This document shows, piece after piece, positions 28,651-36,422 of a stretch of DNA of 64,000 nucleotides; position 1 is the stretch's first letter; every line of letters begins with the position of its first letter. The translations under genes were made by a program, and so were the position numbers. A model generated the notes under the pieces. The model saw nothing but the letters and a program-made list of their open reading frames with translations, was not told the DNA's origin and searched no databases. Source of the stretch: an uncultured Verrucomicrobiales bacterium (GTDB lineage: Bacteria; Verrucomicrobiota; Verrucomicrobiia; Verrucomicrobiales; Akkermansiaceae); the NCBI GenBank assembly GCA_937944055.1, contig CALDZJ010000045.1, forward strand, positions 55,659 to 119,658. Direction: 5' to 3'.

Positions 28651-29677
28651 TCTCACCTTCGCACATCCGCACGTCCTCTGGCTATGGCTCCCCCTCCTCG
28701 GCGGCCTCATCTGGCGCTGGTTCAGTGTCCCAGCCTCCATCGCAGTTTCATCCACCGCTCACTACACGGGTGGGCTTCCTGCCAAGTTCTTCGCCCCGCG
28801 CCACATTCTCCTCCTCTTAGAAGCACTCGCAGCAGGCGCCTTTATCATCGCCCTCGCTCGGCCTCAATCAGATGTTGAACTCATGCCCAGCGTAAAAGAA
28901 GGCACCGACATCATGCTCGTTCTAGATTACTCGAACAGCATGGACGCCTTTGATCCTGACTCCTCTATGGATGACTTCGCCGTCGAAAAAGCAATCCGCG
29001 AAGGCCGCATTAAAGACCGCCTCGGGGTAGCTCGTGACCAGATCATCCGCTTTATCAAACGCCGCTCCGGGGACCGCATTGGACTCGTGATCTTCGGGCA
29101 TGACGGCTACCCCGTCGTCACGCCCACCCCAGATCACGACTACCTAATCGCCTACGTAAACCAGCTTGAGAACTCCCTCCTCTACAGCAACGAACGCGGC
29201 ACCAACATCGCCGGTGGCATCAGCGCCGGCATCCAAGCCCTGAAAGATTATAATGAGACTCGCCGCACCATGGTCCTCATCACCGATGGTGACCACACCG
29301 TGACCGATGAAATCTTCACCCCCGTGACCGCTGCCGAGGCTGCTCGTTCCCAAGACATCACTATTCATACAGTCGGAATCGGCAGTGATGACCCCTATCT
29401 CCTAGAGAGCCTTAGCCGCATTGGGGCCATCATCCGCTTTGACACTCGTAACCTCGAAAAAATCGCCGCCATTACCAACGGCCGCTTCTTCCGCGCAAAA
29501 GACAACCAAGGATTCGAGGAGGTCATGAACACCATCGACTCGCTCGAGAAAACTTCCAAGAAAACCCCCGCCCTTGTCTACCAGCGCGACCTCTACCCTA
29601 GCATCCTCATCGCCGGCGCCCTCACCCTCGCCCTCGCCTTCATCCTCCGCCACACCCTCCTTCGCGAAATTTCCTAA
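28643..29677 (+). CDS. batA: VWA-domain membrane protein BatA
   Basis: It has an N-terminal TM region (HVLWLWLPLLGGLIW), the MIDAS motif DIMLVLDYSNSM, a VWA fold and a C-terminal TM helix. The likely start is ATG 28643, an 8-nt overlap with the previous gene. The ORF track starts at 28547. Confidence 0.8.
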   Translation: MSDLTFAHPHVLWLWLPLLGGLIWRWFSVPASIAVSSTAHYTGGLPAKFFAPRHILLLLEALAAGAFIIALARPQSDVELMPSVKEGTDIMLVLDYSNSMDAFDPDSSMDDFAVEKAIREGRIKDRLGVARDQIIRFIKRRSGDRIGLVIFGHDGYPVVTPTPDHDYLIAYVNQLENSLLYSNERGTNIAGGISAGIQALKDYNETRRTMVLITDGDHTVTDEIFTPVTAAEAARSQDITIHTVGIGSDDPYLLESLSRIGAIIRFDTRNLEKIAAITNGRFFRAKDNQGFEEVMNTIDSLEKTSKKTPALVYQRDLYPSILIAGALTLALAFILRHTLLREIS

Positions 29678-29700
29678 CCCACCTCCCCCCTCCGCCAGTC

Positions 29701-32298
29701 ATGGAATTCTTAGCCCTCGACAAACACCTCATCTGGGTTCTGCCCCTCCTCATCCTAGCCCTCGGCGTCGCTTATTGGGCCTTCACCCAACGTCGCCACG
29801 CCATCGCTCTCCTCACCCAACACGCCGAGAACTGTCACCTTAAATCAAACGCCGGCCCCATCCGCCGCCGAATCCTCGCCGGAGTTCTACTCGCAGCCCT
29901 CATCCTCTCTCTCATCGCAGTCCTCCGCCCCATCGGGGGCACCGAAATCAGCGAACACCGCCGCCCTGCCAAAAACCTCGTCGTCCTCCTTGATGTCTCA
30001 AATTCCATGAACGCAGTAGATGCAGAAGGCATCAGCCGCATCGAAGCCGCCAAGCTCCTCCTCCGCGAGTTCATCAATAAACGCCCCACCGACCGTATCG
30101 GCCTCATCTCCTTCGCCGGTGCCACTTTTACCGAAAGCCCCGTCACCTTGGACCGCAGCATCCTCCTCTCAAAAGTGAACCAAATCACCCCCGGCGACAT
30201 TCCCGTGGGAGGCACCGACATCGACTCCGCCCTTCGCGAGGCACAAAACCTCCTCACAGAAGAACCGCCGCCCGGCTCCGCCATCATCGTCCTCTCAGAT
30301 GGCGATAACGTCACCGGACGCCAGCCTAAAGAAGTTCTCACCCGTCTCAAAAAGGCCAACATCCCCGTCCTCGCCATCGCAGTCGGGGTCGATGGTGTCG
30401 GAGCCCCTATTCCCTCCACCTCCCTCACCACGAGGGCCGATTTCTCCACTCTGGAAAATCTCGCCGATTCAACAAATGGCCTCCTCATTGCCGCTTCTCC
30501 AAGAGAGGTCGACGCCCAAGTGCAAGAACTCAGCAGCCGAGTTGACGCCATCGAGCTCAATGGCGAGAATATCGCTGCTGAAATTTTTGAGCGCCCCCTT
30601 GACCTCTACGCCTGGCCTCTCTCCATCGCACTTCTCTGCCTCATGATCCACCTCTTCCTCCCTCTCCGCACCAAAGTATGGCGCCCCCTCAGCGCCGCCT
30701 TCGCCCTCTCTCTCTCCATCTTCCTCCCCCCCTCCACCCACGCCCAAGTCGCCGACTCATACGAGGAAGCCCTCGCCGCAGCAAAGGAAGCGGAACTCCC
30801 CGTTCTCGCCATCTTCACCGGCTCAGATTGGTCAAAGCTCTCCATCACCTTCGAGCGGGAAATCCTCAGCCATCAAGTCTTCCAAAATTGGGCTGATGAG
30901 AAAGTCATCCGCACCATCATTGACCTTCCCCGCGTCGGTCTCGATGCTGAAGAACGTAATACCCGCCGCGCCCTCGCTCAGAAACTTGGCGTAATCAGCT
31001 ACCCCCTCGCCATCTTCATCGACCCTCAAGGAAACACCCTCGGCACCCTCACTCATGACACCCAAGGCCCGGCCTCATGGATCAAACGAGCTGAGGCCAT
31101 CCTAGCCGGAGAAGAAGGCGCCTCAGACACCGCAGCCTCGGTCGACTACCTTCCTGAAGAAATCCGCAAAGCCCTCCAAGCTGATGACCTTAGCCCCGCG
31201 CAACGCAGCGTCGGATTCTACAATAAGGCGCTCGAGCTGGAAAGAGCCACCCCCTCACTCAGCCTAAAATCAGAGGATCGCTTTGAGCTCCTCATCGACC
31301 TCTATAACCGTGCCGCAGACGCCGCTCCAAGCGAGCGCTCAGACCTTATTTTTGCCGCTCGGTTAAAGATCGCCCTCCTTCACCATCGCAAAGGTCAATC
31401 CCTCATTCCGAACTCTCCAGAAGACTTCCAAGCTAAGATGGCCGAAGAGCAACTCTCCCCTCCGGATCTCCTCAAAAAAGCAAAACGCTCCCTCCAAGAG
31501 GCCCTCAACCTCTATAAAAATTCCGTCCCCTTAAAACCAAACGACGAAGAACTCAGCGAAAACCTCGCCCTCGCCTACCAAAACCGCGATCGCATTCAAG
31601 CCTACCTTGACTACTTAACAGCTTACCAAAGCGCCGTCCAAAAAACCAATACCGCCCTCCAGCAAGAAAAACGCTTTGCCGATAGCATCGAGCGTGAAGT
31701 CACCACCCGCATAGAAGTAAATAAGGAAGCAATCGAGGCATCACTCAGCGCCATTCAAGACCTCATCAAAAAGGCCGAGGCCATCACGAACACCCCCACC
31801 ATCCTTCCAGAAAACGGCCTTGATGATTATCGCCTCGCCGATGAAGACATCGCCCTCGCTCCCTCACCCCACCGCGAGCGCGACCTTCGCACTGCCCAGC
31901 AGCATATCCAAAACGCCCTAGATCACCTCGTCGACCCTCAACTCCAAAGAGCCGGCGATCAAGGCGAGGGTGAAGGGCAAGCCCAAGACGGACAAGGTGA
32001 AGGCCAAGGAAATGGAGAAGACGAAGGCAAAGGTGAAAACGGTAAAGACGAGGGCAAAGGCAAAGGCAGCCGCCAAAGAAGAGAAGACGCCGATAACCCG
32101 CAAGGTGACAAACCTGACGGCTCCGACTCAGAACCGAACGGTAATGAACCCGGAGAAGGCGGGGACCAAGGAGACGCTGAGAGTAATCTCCGCCGCGCCG
32201 AAAAAGAAAACGGAGACCTCCGCGACCGCCTCATGGACCGCTTGCGCCGTGAAAATCTCCGCCGAGGGAAGCGCGTCCCTCGAAGCAAAAATCACTAG
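29701..32298 (+). CDS. batB: BatB-like VWA membrane protein fused to a thioredoxin-like (CxxC-less) domain, a TPR-like region and a charged low-complexity tail
   Basis: 865 aa. It has the VWA MIDAS motif LVVLLDVSNSM and a mid-protein TM helix. FTGSDWSKLS sits where thioredoxin-like proteins carry SDWCxxC. A helical repeat region is followed by a G/E/D/K-rich tail. Confidence 0.7.
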   Translation: MEFLALDKHLIWVLPLLILALGVAYWAFTQRRHAIALLTQHAENCHLKSNAGPIRRRILAGVLLAALILSLIAVLRPIGGTEISEHRRPAKNLVVLLDVSNSMNAVDAEGISRIEAAKLLLREFINKRPTDRIGLISFAGATFTESPVTLDRSILLSKVNQITPGDIPVGGTDIDSALREAQNLLTEEPPPGSAIIVLSDGDNVTGRQPKEVLTRLKKANIPVLAIAVGVDGVGAPIPSTSLTTRADFSTLENLADSTNGLLIAASPREVDAQVQELSSRVDAIELNGENIAAEIFERPLDLYAWPLSIALLCLMIHLFLPLRTKVWRPLSAAFALSLSIFLPPSTHAQVADSYEEALAAAKEAELPVLAIFTGSDWSKLSITFEREILSHQVFQNWADEKVIRTIIDLPRVGLDAEERNTRRALAQKLGVISYPLAIFIDPQGNTLGTLTHDTQGPASWIKRAEAILAGEEGASDTAASVDYLPEEIRKALQADDLSPAQRSVGFYNKALELERATPSLSLKSEDRFELLIDLYNRAADAAPSERSDLIFAARLKIALLHHRKGQSLIPNSPEDFQAKMAEEQLSPPDLLKKAKRSLQEALNLYKNSVPLKPNDEELSENLALAYQNRDRIQAYLDYLTAYQSAVQKTNTALQQEKRFADSIEREVTTRIEVNKEAIEASLSAIQDLIKKAEAITNTPTILPENGLDDYRLADEDIALAPSPHRERDLRTAQQHIQNALDHLVDPQLQRAGDQGEGEGQAQDGQGEGQGNGEDEGKGENGKDEGKGKGSRQRREDADNPQGDKPDGSDSEPNGNEPGEGGDQGDAESNLRRAEKENGDLRDRLMDRLRRENLRRGKRVPRSKNH

Positions 32299-32316
32299 CA
32301 TTTTTTTACTTCCCTC

Positions 32317-34698
32317 ATGACTCGCCTCCTCCCCCAGCTCCCCCAGCTCCTGTTGATTCTCTGTGCCCATGCCCTGATCTCGCTGCCCGCCATCGCTCAG
32401 AACATGCGGCTCACCCCTCCACCAGAGGTCATCATTGAGAAACAGATTCAACACATCAAGATCATCACCCAGGCCGAGCTGGAAATCGCGAAACTCCCAC
32501 CCCACCCCAAAGTCACCTGGCTCGGAACCTCCAGCGTGCGCTTGCAAAACAACTCACGCCGTCAAATGCAGATCGAGCACCGCCTCGAATTCATCGCCAA
32601 CTCCCCAGGCCTGCTCGAATTCCCCCCCATCCCCGTGGTCCTCGAAAACAAGGAATTTTTCATCCGTCTTGACGACATCCGCGTGATCCCGAATCGCGCC
32701 TCAAAAACTGACACCCGCCTCCTCGTCTACTGGAATGAGAAATCTGAAATCCCCAAAAAAGTCCACCTCGGCGAGGCCGTCGAGATTAAGTTCGTCCAGC
32801 TCGTCCGTAAAACTGAAGAAAGCTCCTCCATCCGCCCCTACTTCTCTCCCCCGTCAAACCGCGTCCTCGGCGGCCAATGGCACCCCTTCACGCGGGAAGA
32901 AACGCGTAAACCCTACCCCAGTGACTACTTCTTCTCATCACGCCGTGATGTCTTGCCAGGATCCTATCGCCGGAATTCTTTCTTCTTCGGGAGAGACCCC
33001 TATGACAGCCGTGACACCTACCGCGAAGCGACCCTGAAATTTGAAGGCGAATTCTACTCAGCCAGAACCTATCGAGCCCGCCTCTACTTCACCAAACTAG
33101 GCCGCGCCTCCGGTAAGCTCAGCTCCACGCTGGGCACCTCAGGCGCTCGCTCTGAAATCCGCACCCATACCCTACCCTTCGAAATTGAAGTTCTCCCCAT
33201 CCCAGCCTTACCGAACGATCAAGCGATCGATACCGGGCTTGTGGGCGATTGGCAAATGAACTCCCTGATTCGCCCCCGCCAAGCTCGGGAAGCGCGGCCA
33301 CTCTCCATCAACATTTTGATCGAAGGTCACGGAAACCCTGATCTCCGAAACTCGCTGGACCTCTCCGCAGATGGCTTCCCCTCAGTTGAAACCCAGTTTC
33401 TCCCTCGAGTCGGCCATAACTACAGCCGTTGGGAGGGCGAATTCCAACAAACCCTCCTCCCCACCGGCAAAGTCGGCATCCTTCCCGCCATCACTCTCGC
33501 CTCATTCAATACAGTGGATGACCAATGGCGCTACCACGAGATAAGCCCCGCGATCACCCTCCCCGGCTTCTCTGATGTCACCACCTCGCTCAGCCCACGC
33601 CGCGAGCTTGGCAAGGCCATCACACGCCCCGTCTTGCTGAACCTCCCCAGCGCGACCTTTGGAGCCTTCGCCATCGCCCCCCTCCTCCCCTTCCTCTTCG
33701 CCTTCCTCAAAAAGCGCCGTGAAGCCCGCGATCCTGAAGCTGAAAAACGAAAACTCCTTTTCAAGAAGCTCATCAAAGACTTCCAAGCTGGAAAGGGCAG
33801 TGCAGAGCACATCGACTCCATTCTCCTCCCCATTTTGCGGACCCACCTTGCACTTCCAGCGGGAGCCACCACCCGGGAAGTTGCCGAGGCCCTCGCTGAT
33901 CCTGAACTCTCAGCGAGCCTCATCACACACGCTGAATCATCCTTCTCTCCCACCGCTGCACCAGTTGATTTTAAAGCCCTCGCCTCACAGCTTTCCAAAA
34001 TCTCCCTCCTCCTGATCTTCACCCTCACCAGCCTCTCCACCGTCTCTCCGCTGCGCGCAAACTCGCTTGAAGAAGCGAACACCTTCCTCCAAGGAGGGAA
34101 CTTTAGCCAAGCCATCAGCGTCTACCAAAACCTCATCAAGGAAGACCCTAACCGCGCCGCACTCCACTTCAACCTCGCCCAAGCTCACCTCGCAGCTGGC
34201 GAGCCCGCACGCGCCCGCGCCGCCTGCCACACCGCTCTCCTGCTCACTCCCCTAGATCAAGAAAGCCAGCAACTCATGACCGCGATCCGCGAGCGCATGG
34301 GAGACCTCACCGTAGCTCGCAACCGCTTCCTCAGCCTGCGTCCAGACCAATGGATCATCGTCGCGGCTGGCTTTTGGGTATTTTGCTTCAGCTATCTCGC
34401 CATCAGAAAACTACGCTCGATCCCTCTCTGGCCAGCACTCGTCATGATCGCGCTCTCACTCTGCTTCCTCGCCACCGCCGCCTGGAAGCAAAGCCACGAC
34501 TACGCCGCGGAACAATACATGGTCATCGCAGATGAACTTCCACGCGAACCTAGCGCCGGTACTCCGGATTGGAATTTCCCAGCCCTCCGCGCCGGACAGA
34601 TCGTCCGCGTCTCAGAGATTGACTCGACCCATGCCCGAGTCGCCACGGCGGACAGTAGCTTTTGGCTCCCCATCCAAGGCCTTCAACAAGTTTGGTAA
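32317..34698 (+). CDS. batD: BatD-like protein fused to TPR and C-terminal TM + SH3-like (BatC/BatE-like) modules
   Basis: 793 aa. A signal peptide and beta-rich BatD-like repeats are followed by a TM helix with basic stretch KKRREARD. Then come the TPR NFSQAISVYQNLIKEDPNRAALHFNLAQAHLAAGEP, two TM helices and a terminal SH3-like segment GQIVRVSEID...WLPIQGL. Confidence 0.55.
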   Translation: MTRLLPQLPQLLLILCAHALISLPAIAQNMRLTPPPEVIIEKQIQHIKIITQAELEIAKLPPHPKVTWLGTSSVRLQNNSRRQMQIEHRLEFIANSPGLLEFPPIPVVLENKEFFIRLDDIRVIPNRASKTDTRLLVYWNEKSEIPKKVHLGEAVEIKFVQLVRKTEESSSIRPYFSPPSNRVLGGQWHPFTREETRKPYPSDYFFSSRRDVLPGSYRRNSFFFGRDPYDSRDTYREATLKFEGEFYSARTYRARLYFTKLGRASGKLSSTLGTSGARSEIRTHTLPFEIEVLPIPALPNDQAIDTGLVGDWQMNSLIRPRQAREARPLSINILIEGHGNPDLRNSLDLSADGFPSVETQFLPRVGHNYSRWEGEFQQTLLPTGKVGILPAITLASFNTVDDQWRYHEISPAITLPGFSDVTTSLSPRRELGKAITRPVLLNLPSATFGAFAIAPLLPFLFAFLKKRREARDPEAEKRKLLFKKLIKDFQAGKGSAEHIDSILLPILRTHLALPAGATTREVAEALADPELSASLITHAESSFSPTAAPVDFKALASQLSKISLLLIFTLTSLSTVSPLRANSLEEANTFLQGGNFSQAISVYQNLIKEDPNRAALHFNLAQAHLAAGEPARARAACHTALLLTPLDQESQQLMTAIRERMGDLTVARNRFLSLRPDQWIIVAAGFWVFCFSYLAIRKLRSIPLWPALVMIALSLCFLATAAWKQSHDYAAEQYMVIADELPREPSAGTPDWNFPALRAGQIVRVSEIDSTHARVATADSSFWLPIQGLQQVW

Positions 34699-36411
34699 AT
34701 GAACACACGTCTCCTCCAGCTCCCTCGCTCTCTTAGCCTTAGCCTTAGTCTTAGCCTGATTCTCGCACTCACGCCGGCCTCCTTGCTCGGCCAGCTCAAC
34801 TGGTCTGAACGAGAGGAAAAGGCGATTGCCCAGAGCACCCTCGCCTTTGCTCAGAAGCTCTCTCAGCAAATCGTCATCATCGGCCGCACCGGCCTCACCA
34901 CCACCCGCGTCGCCACCGTGATCGATCAGGAGGGTCATCTTCTCGCCCCATTCATCGCCAGCATTGACGGACAAGATGCACCTTACCTTCTCTACCGTCC
35001 CGATGGCTCCCGCGTCCAGCTCACGACCGTCGCGGAAAAACCAAAACGCTTCCTCGCCCTCCTCAAACTAGAGGAAAAAGATGAATCCCTCATCCCTACA
35101 CGCATTTCAAAAGTGGTCGATCACAGCGTCATGATTCCCACCTGCGCTCCCATCGCATCCCTCGGGGAAACTCCCAGCATCTCGGTGGACCACCTCGAAT
35201 TCGCCCCACCAGAAAAAGCCACTGCAATCCGCCTTGATCGCTCGCTCTACTCTCCGGGCTCCCCCGTCTTTGACCTCTCCGGCAGCCTGATCGCCGTCAC
35301 ACTTGCATCCCGCCGCACCAACACTCCTGCCCTTTTTATCACCCGCGTTCTGGAGGAATTTGCCGAGCTTGATGCCCTCCTCCCTGAACTCAGCGAATCC
35401 GCTCTACCTAAACTGCCGAAGGCTCCCAAAATTGAGCCAAACGAAGCAGAAAAAATTCGTGAATCCTCACTCAACGAGGCCCGCGAACGATACCTCCAAA
35501 GCACGCAACAAAACCCTCTCCCCTGCGTGCACATCTTTAACGAAGGCGCTCCATCCACCCACTCCGTGATCGGCACCATCGTCCGTAAGGATGGGATGAT
35601 CCTCACGAAGGCGAGTGATCTCGGCCCCGATCTCAGAGTCCGCTTTCGTAGTAAAAATTACCGAGGCATCCTCCTCGCAAGCGATGAAGCGAGTGACCTC
35701 GCCCTCGTCGGGATCGACGCCACCGACCTCCCCGTGGTGAGATGGAGCGATGAACTCCCGGCCCCCGGCAGCACCCTCGCAGCGCCCATCCTTCTCCAAG
35801 AAAGCACCGAGGACATGCTTACCAAGCCCAGCGCTCGCAGCGGCACCTTCAGCCACATTCTTAAGGCCCATACCCCCACGGTTCACGCCACGAGCCAAGT
35901 CACCTCCCTCGGCCTCGTCACCGAGCAAACGGAAGACGGCATCACGATTGCCGCCATTCAAAAAGACAGCCCCGCCTACGAGTCTGGCCTCTCCCCCGGC
36001 GACTTGATCGAAAAAATTGACGGTCAAAAAATCACGCAACGCTCCGAGCTGACCCGCATTTTAAACAGCCACCGCGTTGGCGATGAACTCAGCGTAGTCA
36101 CAACGAGCCCCAACGGGCCGCAAGAATACTCAGTCACGCTCATCTCGCCCCGCCTCATTCCGCCAGCCACCGGGATCATCGTGCCACGCGTCAGTATGAT
36201 CCCCAGCGTCCGCCGAGCCCCCTTCCCAGATGTGATGGTCCACAGCATTCCTCTCAATTCTTGGGACTGCGGCTCCCCGCTCTTCGATTCCCAAGGCCGC
36301 GCGCTCGGGCTCAATATCGCGGCTGCTTCTCCCAATCGTAGCCTCGCTCTCCGCCCCGCCACCCTCCGCAAGGTACTCGAAAAACTCCTCCGTAAAACCC
36401 GCGCATTTTAA
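34699..36411 (+). CDS. secreted trypsin-fold/PDZ protein with non-canonical catalytic residues (probable pseudoprotease)
   Basis: 570 aa with a signal peptide. It has two trypsin-like modules. In the first, SPGSPVF replaces GDSGGPL and the His motif is absent. In the second, ILTKASDL replaces TNxHV and WDCGSPLF gives Ser-to-Cys. A PDZ domain (ITIAAIQKDSPAYESGLSPGDLIEKIDGQ) sits before the last motif. Confidence 0.65.
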   Translation: MNTRLLQLPRSLSLSLSLSLILALTPASLLGQLNWSEREEKAIAQSTLAFAQKLSQQIVIIGRTGLTTTRVATVIDQEGHLLAPFIASIDGQDAPYLLYRPDGSRVQLTTVAEKPKRFLALLKLEEKDESLIPTRISKVVDHSVMIPTCAPIASLGETPSISVDHLEFAPPEKATAIRLDRSLYSPGSPVFDLSGSLIAVTLASRRTNTPALFITRVLEEFAELDALLPELSESALPKLPKAPKIEPNEAEKIRESSLNEARERYLQSTQQNPLPCVHIFNEGAPSTHSVIGTIVRKDGMILTKASDLGPDLRVRFRSKNYRGILLASDEASDLALVGIDATDLPVVRWSDELPAPGSTLAAPILLQESTEDMLTKPSARSGTFSHILKAHTPTVHATSQVTSLGLVTEQTEDGITIAAIQKDSPAYESGLSPGDLIEKIDGQKITQRSELTRILNSHRVGDELSVVTTSPNGPQEYSVTLISPRLIPPATGIIVPRVSMIPSVRRAPFPDVMVHSIPLNSWDCGSPLFDSQGRALGLNIAAASPNRSLALRPATLRKVLEKLLRKTRAF

Positions 36412-36422
36412 CGCCTCCCGCC

